Program-made: the position numbers and the translations under genes
The notes under the pieces: generated by a model
Seen by the model: the letters and a program-made list of their open reading frames with translations, nothing else
The model's database searches: none
What the model was told of the DNA's origin: nothing
Source of the DNA: an uncultured Pseudanabaenaceae cyanobacterium
GTDB lineage: Bacteria > Cyanobacteriota > Cyanobacteriia > PCC-9006 > JAAUQQ01
DNA: 64,000 bases
Reading direction: 5' to 3'
NCBI GenBank assembly: GCA_938021205.1
Contig: CALIGI010000058.1
Coordinates: 13,169-77,168 of the forward strand
Shown: positions 40,242 through 50,685 of the stretch, piece by piece
Layout: each line of letters starts with the position of its first letter
How positions within the stretch are numbered: the first letter of the stretch is position 1

Positions 40242-41336
40242 TTGCATTTCTCCGCCGCCATGGTTACCCAAGCAGCACCCAAACCTAAAATCCAACCGCC
40301 CCCCTCCCATCAGGCTGAAGATGCGGTCAATGCGCCCCAGCAGCTATTTCTCGCCTGGGTGCCATTTCAACGGCGGGCAGTGACGATGCAGTCCTACTTT
40401 GGCTATGAGTTGCACCATATCAGCCTTCGCTTTAAGCCAAAGTTTTTGCGCCCCTTCGAATATGTGATGAAAGCCTGGCAGAGTCTTTGGCTCATGCTGC
40501 ATCAACGGCCAGAGATTATCTGGGTGCAAATGCCTCCGGCTCCCCTACTGTATTTGGTCTTTGCCTACAAGTTGCTGGTTAATCCCCAGGTCAAGCTGGT
40601 TGCGGATTGCCATAATGCAACGTTCCGCGCTCCCTGGATTAAATTTCCTGCTGTTGTGGCCTTGCTCAACCGCTGTGATGCCGTCATCGTTCACAACCAG
40701 ATGGTGGCTTTGCAGGCCAAAGAGCTGGGGATTTCTCCGACCCATACCCAAGTTTTGCTGGATCGAGTTCAGCCTTTAAATTGTGGTGAGGGTTTGGCTG
40801 AATTGGCCCAGGGCTTGGGGCTAAAGACCCCCTGGTTTCTGATTCCCTGCTCCTTTAACGCTGATGAGCCCATTGCCGAAATTCTGGAGGCAGCCCGCCA
40901 GGCACCAGATCTGACCTTTGTTCTCACAGGCAATCCAGCCCGAGCCCAGGGTCGTCATGACTTGAGCAAGGCTACTACCAATGTCAAGTTTCCGGGCTTC
41001 CTTCCCGAGGGAGAGTTTAATACTTTGGTTTACAACGCGACGGCAGTGGTGGGTCTAACCAAGCTAGATGGCATTCAGCTGAGCGTTGCCAATGAGGCTT
41101 TGGGTTGCGATCGCCCCATGGTCCTGGCCCATACGAGCTTGCTCCAGCAACTGTTCCCTCGGGGGGCTGTTTATGTGGACCCCATGGATGCCAGGGATTT
41201 AGTGGCCGGTTGTCGACAGGCCCAAGCGGAAAGCGATCGCCTCACGACCGAAGTGATTTCGCTTAAGGCTGAGCGAGCTGCGCAATGGTTTCTCTCTGCT
41301 GCCCCCATTCGCCAGATCCTGTTTGACCAGTCTTAG
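40242..41336 (+). CDS. Glycosyltransferase family 1-like (GT-B).
   Basis: C-terminal half FPGFLPEGEFNTLVYNATAVVGLTKLDGIQLSVANEALGCDRPMV resembles the GT4 donor-binding region. The N-terminal half is divergent. Confidence 0.6.
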   Translation: MHFSAAMVTQAAPKPKIQPPPSHQAEDAVNAPQQLFLAWVPFQRRAVTMQSYFGYELHHISLRFKPKFLRPFEYVMKAWQSLWLMLHQRPEIIWVQMPPAPLLYLVFAYKLLVNPQVKLVADCHNATFRAPWIKFPAVVALLNRCDAVIVHNQMVALQAKELGISPTHTQVLLDRVQPLNCGEGLAELAQGLGLKTPWFLIPCSFNADEPIAEILEAARQAPDLTFVLTGNPARAQGRHDLSKATTNVKFPGFLPEGEFNTLVYNATAVVGLTKLDGIQLSVANEALGCDRPMVLAHTSLLQQLFPRGAVYVDPMDARDLVAGCRQAQAESDRLTTEVISLKAERAAQWFLSAAPIRQILFDQS

Positions 41337-41558
41337 CTGCTAGGTCTTGGGACTTGGATTGAATGTTTGGAGGACTGAAATGGGGAGCCTTTCCCCTTGC
41401 CAAAACTCAATCCCATTCCACCCATGACTGAGCCCAGTCTTCAAGGCTGGGTGTGAGCTTGCTGTGGGCTTTTTGAGACTAGGGCGGAGAGACTTTGCGC
41501 CTACCGAGACTTGTTTTTGAGAGGCATCTACCAAAATCCCTTCATTGCGATCTCCACT

Positions 41559-43271
41559 ATGAAACGTCGCGTTCTTGCCCTGGGTCTAGATGCTGCTGAC
41601 CCCACCTTAATGGAACCTTGGATGGACCAGGGCCTGCTGCCGAATCTCAACTTCCTGCGTCAAAACGGTGCCTACGGCCATCTTCGTACCCAAATCGGTC
41701 ACCAGGGCCAGCATGAGAACTTCTCCAATACGGAGCCTCTCTGGGTTATGGCCATGACGGGCTGCCTTCCCCACAAGACAGGCTTTTGGGACACGATTGA
41801 GTATGACCCTAACCATTACAGTATCAAGTTGGATTCGGTTTATGGGGGCTATGACTATGGGGAATATAAGCCCTTTTACGCTCTGGATAATTCCTGCACA
41901 GGCTCGCCTCGCGATCGCCTCAATGCAACCGTTTTTGACATTCCCGTCACTCGCGTTATCGAAGGCATTCGAGGCACCCAAATTACAGGCTGGGGTGGCC
42001 ACCATCCCTTCTATCCCAGTGAATCTAATCCCCCCGAAGCCCTGGAAATGATTCTACAAAAATTTGGTCCCAACCCGGTCTACCGTAAGGACAACGGCAA
42101 ATGGTGGGATCAAAAATATGGTGCTTGGATTCAACAGGCCCTACCCGCTAGCATTACCGCCCGTACTGCCATTGGCAAAGCTCTGGTCAAACGTCAGGAC
42201 TGGGACCTCTGCATGATCGGCTTTGGGGAAACCCATACCGCTGGTCATGATCTCTATGATCAAAGTCAGCCTGACCACCCCTTCTACCCATTTCGTCAAC
42301 CTAAAAACGGTGCTGACCCTCTACTCAAGGTCTATCAGCAAGTGGACGAAGCTTTGGGCAAAATCTTCTCAGCGGCCCCTGGAGATACCTACATCGTTAG
42401 CTATTCCCTCCATGGCATTGGCCCCAACCATACGGATTTGCTGAGCCTATTCTTTTTGGGTGAAGTGATGTATCGCTGGAATTTTCCTGGCCAAATCGGC
42501 TTTACCGATGGCGAGCTTTCCCAGCCTCCCGCTGAGCCCATTCGCCAACCCCAGCGCGGTGGCTGGAGCGATGAAATTTGGTGCCAGCTCGCTGATGATA
42601 ACGAGCTGAGACGCTGGTGGCGGCGGCATTGTCCCACTCGCTTCTGGCCCACCCAAGACAATGGCCTCACTTCTCCAGTTGGACTCAAACGTCAAGGCCA
42701 ATCCCAAAGCTGGATGCCGATCCTGGCCTATCGACATTGCTGGCCTAATATGCGTGCCTTTGCGCTCCCCGGCTTTGCTGATGGTCAAATCCGCATCAAT
42801 CTGCAGGGTCGCGAAGCCAATGGTCAGGTTGCCCCAGAAGACTACAATGCCACCTGTCATGAACTCATTGAAATGCTTCATGGGCTCAAGGACAGCCGCA
42901 GCGGCTTACCCCTCGTCAAAGCAGTTCAGCGTACGCGCGCTGGAGCTGATGATGAGAGCCATCGCCATCCCCATGCCGATCTCATGGTGATCTGGAATGA
43001 CTGTCCAACGGATGTGATTGAAAGCCCCCAGCTCGGTCGTATTGGCCCGGTCACCTACAACCGTCCCGGTGGCCATAGAGCCCGAGGTCATTTCATGGTC
43101 CAAGGTCCTGGAATAAAACCGGGCAGTCGCTTGCCAACGGGACAGGCCGTTGATGTTGCTGCCACGCTCCTGCACCTCTTGGGTGAAGATCAACCGGAGA
43201 ATTTTGATGGGCAACCTCTGCTCAGTCTAGATCCTAGCCACATCCCCGAACTGTCTCTCTCCGATGCCTAG
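41559..43271 (+). CDS. Alkaline-phosphatase-superfamily enzyme (type I phosphodiesterase/nucleotide pyrophosphatase-like). Start assigned to MKRRVLAL; the six-frame ORF starts at 41511.
   Basis: N-terminus VLALGLDAADPTLMEPWMDQGLLPNL...GAYG matches the metal-site opener of the AP superfamily. TGCLPHKTG is the putative nucleophile loop. Paralogous to 50686..52344. Confidence 0.65.
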   Translation: MKRRVLALGLDAADPTLMEPWMDQGLLPNLNFLRQNGAYGHLRTQIGHQGQHENFSNTEPLWVMAMTGCLPHKTGFWDTIEYDPNHYSIKLDSVYGGYDYGEYKPFYALDNSCTGSPRDRLNATVFDIPVTRVIEGIRGTQITGWGGHHPFYPSESNPPEALEMILQKFGPNPVYRKDNGKWWDQKYGAWIQQALPASITARTAIGKALVKRQDWDLCMIGFGETHTAGHDLYDQSQPDHPFYPFRQPKNGADPLLKVYQQVDEALGKIFSAAPGDTYIVSYSLHGIGPNHTDLLSLFFLGEVMYRWNFPGQIGFTDGELSQPPAEPIRQPQRGGWSDEIWCQLADDNELRRWWRRHCPTRFWPTQDNGLTSPVGLKRQGQSQSWMPILAYRHCWPNMRAFALPGFADGQIRINLQGREANGQVAPEDYNATCHELIEMLHGLKDSRSGLPLVKAVQRTRAGADDESHRHPHADLMVIWNDCPTDVIESPQLGRIGPVTYNRPGGHRARGHFMVQGPGIKPGSRLPTGQAVDVAATLLHLLGEDQPENFDGQPLLSLDPSHIPELSLSDA

Positions 43272-43390
43272 TCGGGCAACCTAGGGGCAACGGTCCCTGT
43301 TAGGTACGGTATTACATGGTATTACACAGTATTGCAACGACTGTTTGAGTCATTCATCGCATTGCCATCACACCCCTGTCTGGGTTTGCC

Positions 43391-44710
43391 ATGACCTTGC
43401 CTCTCATTTTTGTGCGCCTGGAAAAGGCCTTTACTGTTTCGGTGCTAATTCTGTATTCTGGTGGACCTTTCACGGTCTTCCTCTCCGGAGGATATAGCCA
43501 GGGTGAGCCTGGAAATGCTCCGGCGGATTATCCCATCATGAAGTTGGTGTTCATTTGCACTTACTGTATCTTTGCTGCTTTGCTGACTTGCCGTTGGCGA
43601 CAGACCCTAGAGACGCTATTGCGCGATCGCTTCACCCTTCTCTTGGTCGCCCTGGCCGCAGGTTCCTTTGCTTGGTCTTCGACCCCTGACGAAACCTTCG
43701 CGAAGAGTATTGCCTTTATTGGTACAACGCTGTTTGGCCTTTATCTCGCGGGACGCTACTCCCAGGAGGAGCAACTCCGACTCCTGGCGTGGGCCTTTGG
43801 GGGGATTGTCTGTCTCAGCTTTTTCTATGCTATTGCCTTGCCCAAGTATGGAATTATGGGCGGTACCCACACGGGAGACTGGCGCGGGATTTACACCCAT
43901 AAAAATACCTTGGGTAAGTTGATGGTCTTTAGTGTCGCGGTTTTTTTATTGCGATCGCTTCAGCCCAAACGGCCTCGTTCCCACGCCCGCTTTTGGTCCT
44001 TGATGGGCTTGATGGGGTCCGTAATGCTGATTGGTCTCTGCACCTCAAAGGGGGCCTTAATTAATGCGAGTGTTGTTATTGCGGCGATCGTGGCCTGCCT
44101 CGCCCTAAGTCGTTGGTCCATCTCCTTTCTGCTGCCCTGCCTCATCGGCAGCTTTGCCTTCACCCTGGGCAGCGGCATTTGGATTTCTCAACATCTCGCT
44201 GTCATCGCGAACCTGCTCAATAAAGACGTCACCCTGACGGGTCGCACAAAAATCTGGGCTCTGACCTTCGACAAGCTCGTCGAGCAGCCTTGGTTTGGCT
44301 ATGGCTATTACGGCTTCTGGCAAGGACTCGATAGCGAAGCCGGTGATATTTGGCGCATCTATCTCTGGGAGACGCCCAATGCTCACAACGGCTTCCTCGA
44401 TATTGCCATTCAGCTTGGCTTCATCGGTCTTTCTCTCTTCTTCGTCAGTCTCCTCTACCATGCCATTCTCAGTCTTATCCAGCTCCGCCAAAGTCAATCC
44501 GTCACCCATATCTGGCCTCTGGCCTTCATGGTTTACATGCTCATGGGTAACCTTGCGGAGAGTAGCCTTTTAGTGCCTAATGACCTGTTTTGGGTGTTCT
44601 ATGTCGCCCTGAGTCTCCAGCCTTACCAGCTGACCCAGACGCAACTTCAGCCCCGTGATCTGCCAGCCCCTGCAACCCAACAAAATTCTTTGGAGGGCTA
44701 CAGTTCATGA
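43391..44710 (+). CDS. O-antigen ligase / Wzy-like polymerase family integral membrane protein.
   Basis: About 11 TM helices with a large periplasmic loop near the C-terminus (Wzy_C-like: NAHNGFLDIAIQLGFIG). Confidence 0.7.
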   Translation: MTLPLIFVRLEKAFTVSVLILYSGGPFTVFLSGGYSQGEPGNAPADYPIMKLVFICTYCIFAALLTCRWRQTLETLLRDRFTLLLVALAAGSFAWSSTPDETFAKSIAFIGTTLFGLYLAGRYSQEEQLRLLAWAFGGIVCLSFFYAIALPKYGIMGGTHTGDWRGIYTHKNTLGKLMVFSVAVFLLRSLQPKRPRSHARFWSLMGLMGSVMLIGLCTSKGALINASVVIAAIVACLALSRWSISFLLPCLIGSFAFTLGSGIWISQHLAVIANLLNKDVTLTGRTKIWALTFDKLVEQPWFGYGYYGFWQGLDSEAGDIWRIYLWETPNAHNGFLDIAIQLGFIGLSLFFVSLLYHAILSLIQLRQSQSVTHIWPLAFMVYMLMGNLAESSLLVPNDLFWVFYVALSLQPYQLTQTQLQPRDLPAPATQQNSLEGYSS

Positions 44711-45993
44711 AATCCCTCCTCGGTAAGCTCAATAAATTGCGGAATAACAGCACTGCCCAGAGCACCCTCTGGATTCTAGGGGCTCGCCTGCTGCGAACTT
44801 TGCTTCAATCTGCCTACTTCTTGCTTGTGGCTCGTGCCCTAGGAGCCCAGCAATACGGCACCTTTATTGGCGTGATGGCTCTGACGAAGGTCTTACTTCC
44901 CTTTGCAGCCTGGGGGGCTGCCCAGGTGCTGACCAAGCAAGTGGCGCGTAATCGAGAACATTTTCCCCAAGCCTGGGGCAATGCCCTTTATCTGGTTACC
45001 ACCTTTTCCCTCTTGAGCTTTGCCTTGCTCATCCCTGCCGGGGAAATCATCTTGCCCAACGTTGCCCATCTTGGCCTTTGGGTCAGCATTGGTATTGCCG
45101 ATCTTTTCTTCTCCCGTGTCCTCGATGTAGCCCTTAAGGTTTTTTTGGCCGTAGAGCTGGCTCACAGAAATGCTCAGCTCCATGTTCTACTCAGTATTAA
45201 CAGTGTTCTCGCGGCCCTCTGCCTAAGCTTGTTCATTCCTGAACCCACGGCTTTAATTTGGGGACAGTTTTATCTCCTCAGCCGCATTGCGACTGCTGCG
45301 GTGGCCCTCTTTCTCGTCTGGCGCGATATCGGTCCACCTCGCCTGGCTCTCAAGCAAATCCACCCCGAACTCACCCAGGGCTTTTACTTTGCTGTAGACC
45401 TCTCCGCTCAAAGCTTCTCTACCGATCTAGATAAAACGATGCTGGCTCGCATGGCCACTCTGCAGGCCACCGGTATCTATGCTGCGGCCTATCGCATTCT
45501 TGATGTGGCCATGGCCCCAGTCTTATCTGTCATGTCTGTGTCCTATGCCAAGTTCTTTAAAGAAGGAGCCGCTGGTATCCAAGGCAGTTTTAGCGTTGCC
45601 AAGCGACTAGTTCCCCTCGCAGGCACTTATGGTGCCATCGCGACGGTCGGTCTTTGGTTCGTAGCACCGCTGGTTCCCTCTGTTTTGGGACCGGAATATG
45701 AGCCTGCGATCGCGGCCTTACGTTGGCTTTCCCCCATTCTGCTGTTTAAATCCTTGCAATACTTCGCCGCTGATACGCTCACAGGTGCGGGCCTGCAGGG
45801 TTACCGCACGTTTTTGCAAGTGGTCATGGCCATCTTGAACGGTCTAGGAAATGCCTGGCTTATCCCACTGTATTCATGGAAGGGAGCCGCCTGGGCTAGC
45901 CTCGCGACAGATGGAGTCCTAACCTTAAGCCTCTGGGTATTAGTCGCCTTTTTCCACCATCGAGCTCGCAGTACTCGGCCTGTAAAGGCTTAA
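44707..45993 (+). CDS. Wzx-type oligosaccharide flippase (MOP/PST family).
   Basis: Twelve or more TM helices. N-terminus LWILGARLLRTLLQSAYFLLVARALGAQQYGTF is typical of the PST family. The ATGA overlap with the upstream gene suggests translational coupling. Confidence 0.8.
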   Translation: MKSLLGKLNKLRNNSTAQSTLWILGARLLRTLLQSAYFLLVARALGAQQYGTFIGVMALTKVLLPFAAWGAAQVLTKQVARNREHFPQAWGNALYLVTTFSLLSFALLIPAGEIILPNVAHLGLWVSIGIADLFFSRVLDVALKVFLAVELAHRNAQLHVLLSINSVLAALCLSLFIPEPTALIWGQFYLLSRIATAAVALFLVWRDIGPPRLALKQIHPELTQGFYFAVDLSAQSFSTDLDKTMLARMATLQATGIYAAAYRILDVAMAPVLSVMSVSYAKFFKEGAAGIQGSFSVAKRLVPLAGTYGAIATVGLWFVAPLVPSVLGPEYEPAIAALRWLSPILLFKSLQYFAADTLTGAGLQGYRTFLQVVMAILNGLGNAWLIPLYSWKGAAWASLATDGVLTLSLWVLVAFFHHRARSTRPVKA

Positions 45994-46102
45994 TAAGCCG
46001 TCGCTTCCCCCCTGAAACGGGGGATTTGAATACCATCTCTAGGGAGAAGGGGGGGAAGCCTGAACCGATAACGCTATTGTCGTCTGTCTGATATTCAAGC
46101 TC

Positions 46103-47113
46103 TTAAGGAGCCGTGCGCCTTACACCGTAGAGCGTCTTTACGAGGCGGCGATAACCCGCTTCCCCAAAGAACTTCATCATGTTAATGGCTAAACTAAGTC
46201 GCCAGTATTCCTTGGTTTGCCACAGACCAGGGTTGTATTCCACAGCCTGAGCCCGCATCTCCTTGGCGGCAGCGATATCCTTCTCAACACATTGAAGTGG
46301 CTTCCAGGCTAGATCCAAATAAACATTGCCGTAGGCACGCTTTTTTAATGCCTCTAGGTTGGGCACTTTCGCTTCCTCAGCGGCGTTAAAAGCTTTATCC
46401 AGCACAATATTGAAACTACGTTCCATTTGACGCCAATTCCGAGAGGCACTGTTCTCATGTTGACGGTAGCCTACTAGGGGTTGGGGCACAGCCACAAAGG
46501 GATGATGCAGTGCCAGGCGTAGCCACATATCCCAGTCCTCTACAGAGGAACCTAGATTCTGGTCAAACATGCCGAGGGAATCGAAATAACAGCGCTTCAC
46601 CACTGGCGTGCTGCCGCAACCCACAAAATTGAACAAAACTAAGTCTGACCAAACTTCTCCTTCTGCTTCGCCTTTGAAGATGCGTCCCGTTGGAACGCCT
46701 TGGGCATCGACTAGGGCAGACCAGGTATAGGCCAAGGCAGCCTCTGGCGATCGCAACAATGCTGCCATTTGTAGTTCTAGCTTCGCTGAATCCCAAAGGT
46801 CATCGGCATCCAAAAAAGCGACATAATCAGCTCGAGACTCGCGAATTCCGGTATTGCGAGCCCCAGCCAAGCCTCGATTTTCCTGGGATACCAGCCGAAA
46901 GCGAGGGTCATCTTGAGACTGGGCCCAATCTCGAATATGGTCCGTGCTGCCATCATCCACAACGATCACTTCAAAATCTGTGAAAGTCTGTTGCCACAAA
47001 GATTTTAAGGTCTCAGGTAAATAGACCATCGCGTTGTAAGCAGGAATCACTATTGAAACAGCAGGTTTCGCGATCGCAGACTGAACCATTGGGTTAGAAC
47101 TTTTTTCCGACAT
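46103..47113 (-). CDS. Glycosyltransferase family 2.
   Basis: VSIVIPAYNAMVYLPETLKSLWQQTFTDFEVIVVDDGSTD...LDADD. About 55% identical by eye to 49191..50180. Confidence 0.85.
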   Translation of the reverse strand: MSEKSSNPMVQSAIAKPAVSIVIPAYNAMVYLPETLKSLWQQTFTDFEVIVVDDGSTDHIRDWAQSQDDPRFRLVSQENRGLAGARNTGIRESRADYVAFLDADDLWDSAKLELQMAALLRSPEAALAYTWSALVDAQGVPTGRIFKGEAEGEVWSDLVLFNFVGCGSTPVVKRCYFDSLGMFDQNLGSSVEDWDMWLRLALHHPFVAVPQPLVGYRQHENSASRNWRQMERSFNIVLDKAFNAAEEAKVPNLEALKKRAYGNVYLDLAWKPLQCVEKDIAAAKEMRAQAVEYNPGLWQTKEYWRLSLAINMMKFFGEAGYRRLVKTLYGVRRTAP

Positions 47114-47617
47114 TTAAACAAAGACCAGCGCAGACTTCATATGGGTCGTATAACGACTCCCTGACGAGTAGACCTCTTGTACGGGCTTTATTTCAAGGGC
47201 TGCAACTCTCTTCAATACATTGGATTGTCCGAGCTATGTCGGTACTCTAATGATGTACCCGCATAAATCAGAGAAACCCCAACGGTCAGTTAAAGGCTAT
47301 TGTGCCTCACTTTGTAGGAGACAGCCGCAAGATCATCCCATGAATAGCGTTCCCGTAAGCTTTTGAATAAAGTCTACAGCGGTGGCAAAACTCAGCAGAT
47401 TATTTGGGAATGATAAGCACTGAGTCTAGGGACCCACTCATTCAGCGGGACAAATCGTGTTCCAAGGCTGTATTTCAATAAAAATACAAGCTGAGAATCA
47501 ATACTGATTGATTATCTATGAGCTAGTGTTAAACATGGCTTTTTCTCTGAGTATAGTCAAAGTGCGCCTACCAGATTTGCTTACGTCCCAGCCACTTGGA
47601 CTCCTCCCTCGCTGTTC

Positions 47618-48886
47618 ATGCTAATTGATCGCTTAAAAACCTTTGCTTCTAGCCGATACGCATCCAATATTGGTTGGCTTGGCGGTGCGGAATTAGTCCA
47701 GCGAATTTTTCGCCTTGGGGCCACAGTCGTATTGGCTCGCCTCTTTAGTAAGACTGACTATGGCATGGTCTCAGCCGTATATAGCGTTTTTGAATTTGCT
47801 AATGTCATTAGTGTCCGAGGAGGAATCTCAGCCAAGGTTGTTCAGACAGATGACGATGAACTTGAGGAAGTCTGCCAGACAGCCTACTCCCTCAACTGGA
47901 TCATTATGGGGGCCCTGTTTGTTATCCAATGCCTGTTGGCCTATCCCATTGCTTTGTATTACAAGAATACGAGCTTAGTCTTGCCGATTTGTGCACTGGG
48001 CTTGAGTTATCTAATTATCCCAGCCTACATTGTTCAGGGGGCGCTATTAGATCGACGTAACCTACTTCAGGTAAGAGCTTGGTGCATGTCGGCCCAAGCC
48101 ATTGTCAGTAACCTTATCATCATGGCCATGGCCTTCCTGGGTTATGGCGTCTGGTCCGTTGTTTGGGCTATCGTGATTAGCTATCTTGTCTGGTATCCAA
48201 TCGTGGCTCATTTCAGCGATTGGAAGCCTAAGAAATTCCCTTACTTCAGAGCTTGGCGCAGTATTTTGAACTTCGGTGGTAAGCGTCTTGGAGTGGATTT
48301 ACTCAATCGTTTCCGTCAAGATGCCGATTACTTGATCGTGGCTCGTTTTCTTGGACTTAGCGATTTGGGCGTCTATTTCTTTGCCTATAGTGCTGGAATT
48401 GGTATTAGCCAAAGTATTATCAATTCTTTTGCTAGTGCTTGGTATCCCTATTTTTGTGAGGCTCGCCGCGATCGCGCCCAGCTGCGAGAACGTTTCCTGC
48501 GTAGCCTTAAGACGATTGCTCTGACCATTGCCCCACTCGTGATTCTTCAGTCTTGCCTCGCTCCGTTCTACGTACCCATTGTCTTTGGCGATAAGTGGGT
48601 TGATGCAATTCCTATTTTGATCATCATTTGCATCTCGGCAGTGCCTATGGCGCTTGCCCAGGCGACTTCAAAGCTCCTCCAGTCGATGGATGAGATTGGT
48701 CTAGATATTGCTTGGAATACCGCTTTCACATTGATTTTTATTACTGCACTCGTGATCGCAGTTCCCCACGGGATTTTGCCGCTAGCTATCACTGTGCTAG
48801 TGGTCCGCTGGATGTTTATTCCGGTATTTACCTTGTTTATACTGAAGCGAAAATTATCTATTCCTACAGATATACAAGCTATGTAA
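47618..48886 (+). CDS. Second Wzx-type flippase (PST family).
   Basis: NIGWLGGAELVQRIFRLGATVVLARLFSKTDYGMVSAV plus 12 TM helices. Confidence 0.75.
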   Translation: MLIDRLKTFASSRYASNIGWLGGAELVQRIFRLGATVVLARLFSKTDYGMVSAVYSVFEFANVISVRGGISAKVVQTDDDELEEVCQTAYSLNWIIMGALFVIQCLLAYPIALYYKNTSLVLPICALGLSYLIIPAYIVQGALLDRRNLLQVRAWCMSAQAIVSNLIIMAMAFLGYGVWSVVWAIVISYLVWYPIVAHFSDWKPKKFPYFRAWRSILNFGGKRLGVDLLNRFRQDADYLIVARFLGLSDLGVYFFAYSAGIGISQSIINSFASAWYPYFCEARRDRAQLRERFLRSLKTIALTIAPLVILQSCLAPFYVPIVFGDKWVDAIPILIIICISAVPMALAQATSKLLQSMDEIGLDIAWNTAFTLIFITALVIAVPHGILPLAITVLVVRWMFIPVFTLFILKRKLSIPTDIQAM

Positions 48887-49190
48887 AAGACTTTTGAATA
48901 CAGCTTGAGGACTTGCGACTTTCGCAAGCCTAGATCGACAGCATTATATCCAACCTGACTTTCAATGTGATGCTGCTAAGCTGCATTCACTGAGAGGAGG
49001 TTTGGAAAGTGTCTTTGCTTCAGGCTAATATGATACGGTTATTTACTGCAAAGAATACAAAAATAAAGCTCGAATTGAGGATCTTTGCAAAGTCGAAAAA
49101 GTAACTTTGTGGCTTTGCAAAGATCCTCCTTTTAGATCGTTTATTTTGCAAGCTAGACCTCGCATATTCATCACAAAAAATCGAATAGAC

Positions 49191-50180
49191 TTATCCTTGG
49201 AGAACCAAACGACGTAAGCGGTAAATCAACGCTAGCAATTGCCCATAAGTCTGGTCACCTAACAACTTCATTACTATCGCTGTCGCCTTCAAACGCCAAT
49301 AATCTCGTGAAAAACGAAGAGAGGGATCATGGTTTAAAGCAGCCTGCACAAGCTCCTTCGACTTCGCAAAATTTTTGGTTGTACTCAATAATGGCTGCCA
49401 AGCGAGGGACAGTTTGATCCGTCCATAGCCTTGCTCTTTAATCTGTTCCAGCTCTTCTGCTTTAATATCCTCTGGAGGATTTTTAAAGGCTTTCTCGAAC
49501 AAGATCTCTGCACTACGAAGCATCGCATCCCAGTTTTTAGATGCGCTATTAGGGAGCTGTCGATAGCCAACTAAGGGATGCTTAATGACCCTAAATTCAT
49601 AATTCAGGGCAAGCCGGAGCCACATGTCCAGATCTTCCATGTAGGAGCCCAGGTTCTCATCAAAGCAACCTGCCTGTTCAAAACAAGCTCGACGAATGAG
49701 AGGCGTACTGCCACAGCCAACAAAATTTCGGTGAATCAAGTCTCTCCAAACCCACCCCTCTTCGGTACTTTCTAGAAAACGACCTGTGGGCTTACCCGCT
49801 TGATCAATTAGAGCTAGCCAAGTATAAACCAGACCAACAGTAGAGCTTTCATCGAGAACAGTAACTTGGCGACTGAGCTTGTCAACCTCCCATAAATCAT
49901 CAGCATCAAGCAAGGCTAAGTACTCGCCCTTCGCTTCTGCGATCGCCGTATTACGGGCTCCAGCTAACCCGCGATTGACCTGGGAAACTAGACGCACTCG
50001 CTGATCTGTGACCTCAGTGCGATACCAGTCTTTGATCTGATCGGAGCTACCATCGTCGACAATGATGACTTCATAATCCGTGAAGTCTTGGGCTAGAACA
50101 CTTGCCAATGTCTGAGGCAAATAATCCATCGCGTTGTAGGCAGGGATTAATACCGATACCTTCGGAAGCAGCTCAGCCAT
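49191..50180 (-). CDS. Glycosyltransferase family 2, paralog of 46103..47113.
   Basis: VSVLIPAYNAMDYLPQTLASVLAQDFTDYEVIIVDDGSSD...LDADD...FVGCGSTP, collinear with the other GT2. Confidence 0.85.
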   Translation of the reverse strand: MAELLPKVSVLIPAYNAMDYLPQTLASVLAQDFTDYEVIIVDDGSSDQIKDWYRTEVTDQRVRLVSQVNRGLAGARNTAIAEAKGEYLALLDADDLWEVDKLSRQVTVLDESSTVGLVYTWLALIDQAGKPTGRFLESTEEGWVWRDLIHRNFVGCGSTPLIRRACFEQAGCFDENLGSYMEDLDMWLRLALNYEFRVIKHPLVGYRQLPNSASKNWDAMLRSAEILFEKAFKNPPEDIKAEELEQIKEQGYGRIKLSLAWQPLLSTTKNFAKSKELVQAALNHDPSLRFSRDYWRLKATAIVMKLLGDQTYGQLLALIYRLRRLVLQG

Positions 50181-50574
50181 AAAGGATCAACTTAAAGTAG
50201 AAATTTCTAAAATATTGGTTCCCAACTAAAAGAATTAGCCGTTAGATAAACCCACTATCCATTTGGATAGTCATAGAACTCCTTGACCACTCTTCAAATA
50301 TAAGGGGATTCCCCATCAGCTAGAGTAATAAAAGCAACTAGCCTCGAAGACCTCGCTTTGGTGAATGTCTTCAAACTAGTATTGCCTGGTGGAAATATCC
50401 AGACCATCTCTTCTCGTAAAGAGCATACCCAGCAAGGAGCCAGGAAAAGAATTGGTCGAAGAACTTACGCTGTCAGGTACTAGACCACATTAACCCTTTC
50501 GTCAGAGCAAAGGAAGGAGAATATTGGAGATAGGCTTTATTTGATACGGAAGCAAAGAAAAATCAAAAATTAGC

Positions 50575-50625
50575 AGTTCACATCTGTTCGCGATATTGGA
50601 TTATAAGCAGATGTGAACTGCAGTC
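50575..50625 (-). terminator. Long-loop hairpin terminator downstream of the AP-superfamily paralog.
   Basis: Perfect 13-bp inverted repeat cagttcacatctg ... cagatgtgaactg with a 24-nt loop, followed on the minus strand by a T-rich run. Confidence 0.45.
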
Positions 50626-50685
50626 ACAAAGTTAGCCTTAGACCGCTTCTAGCTATTCAGGCTTGACTGCGAGCTAATACCTCTG

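Noticed and set aside
41559-43271. Calling the AP-superfamily paralogs outright sulfatases.
   Set aside because: The sulfatase signature C-x-P-x-R is not intact (Lys or Thr replaces Arg), and the N-terminal motif fits the phosphodiesterase/NPP branch better. Kept as an AP-superfamily enzyme of unknown specificity.
50575-50625. Perfect 13-bp inverted repeat considered as a possible IS terminal inverted repeat or MITE.
   Set aside because: No second copy, no target-site duplication and no transposase nearby. Its position just 3' of a minus-strand gene with a following U-rich run fits a long-loop terminator better.
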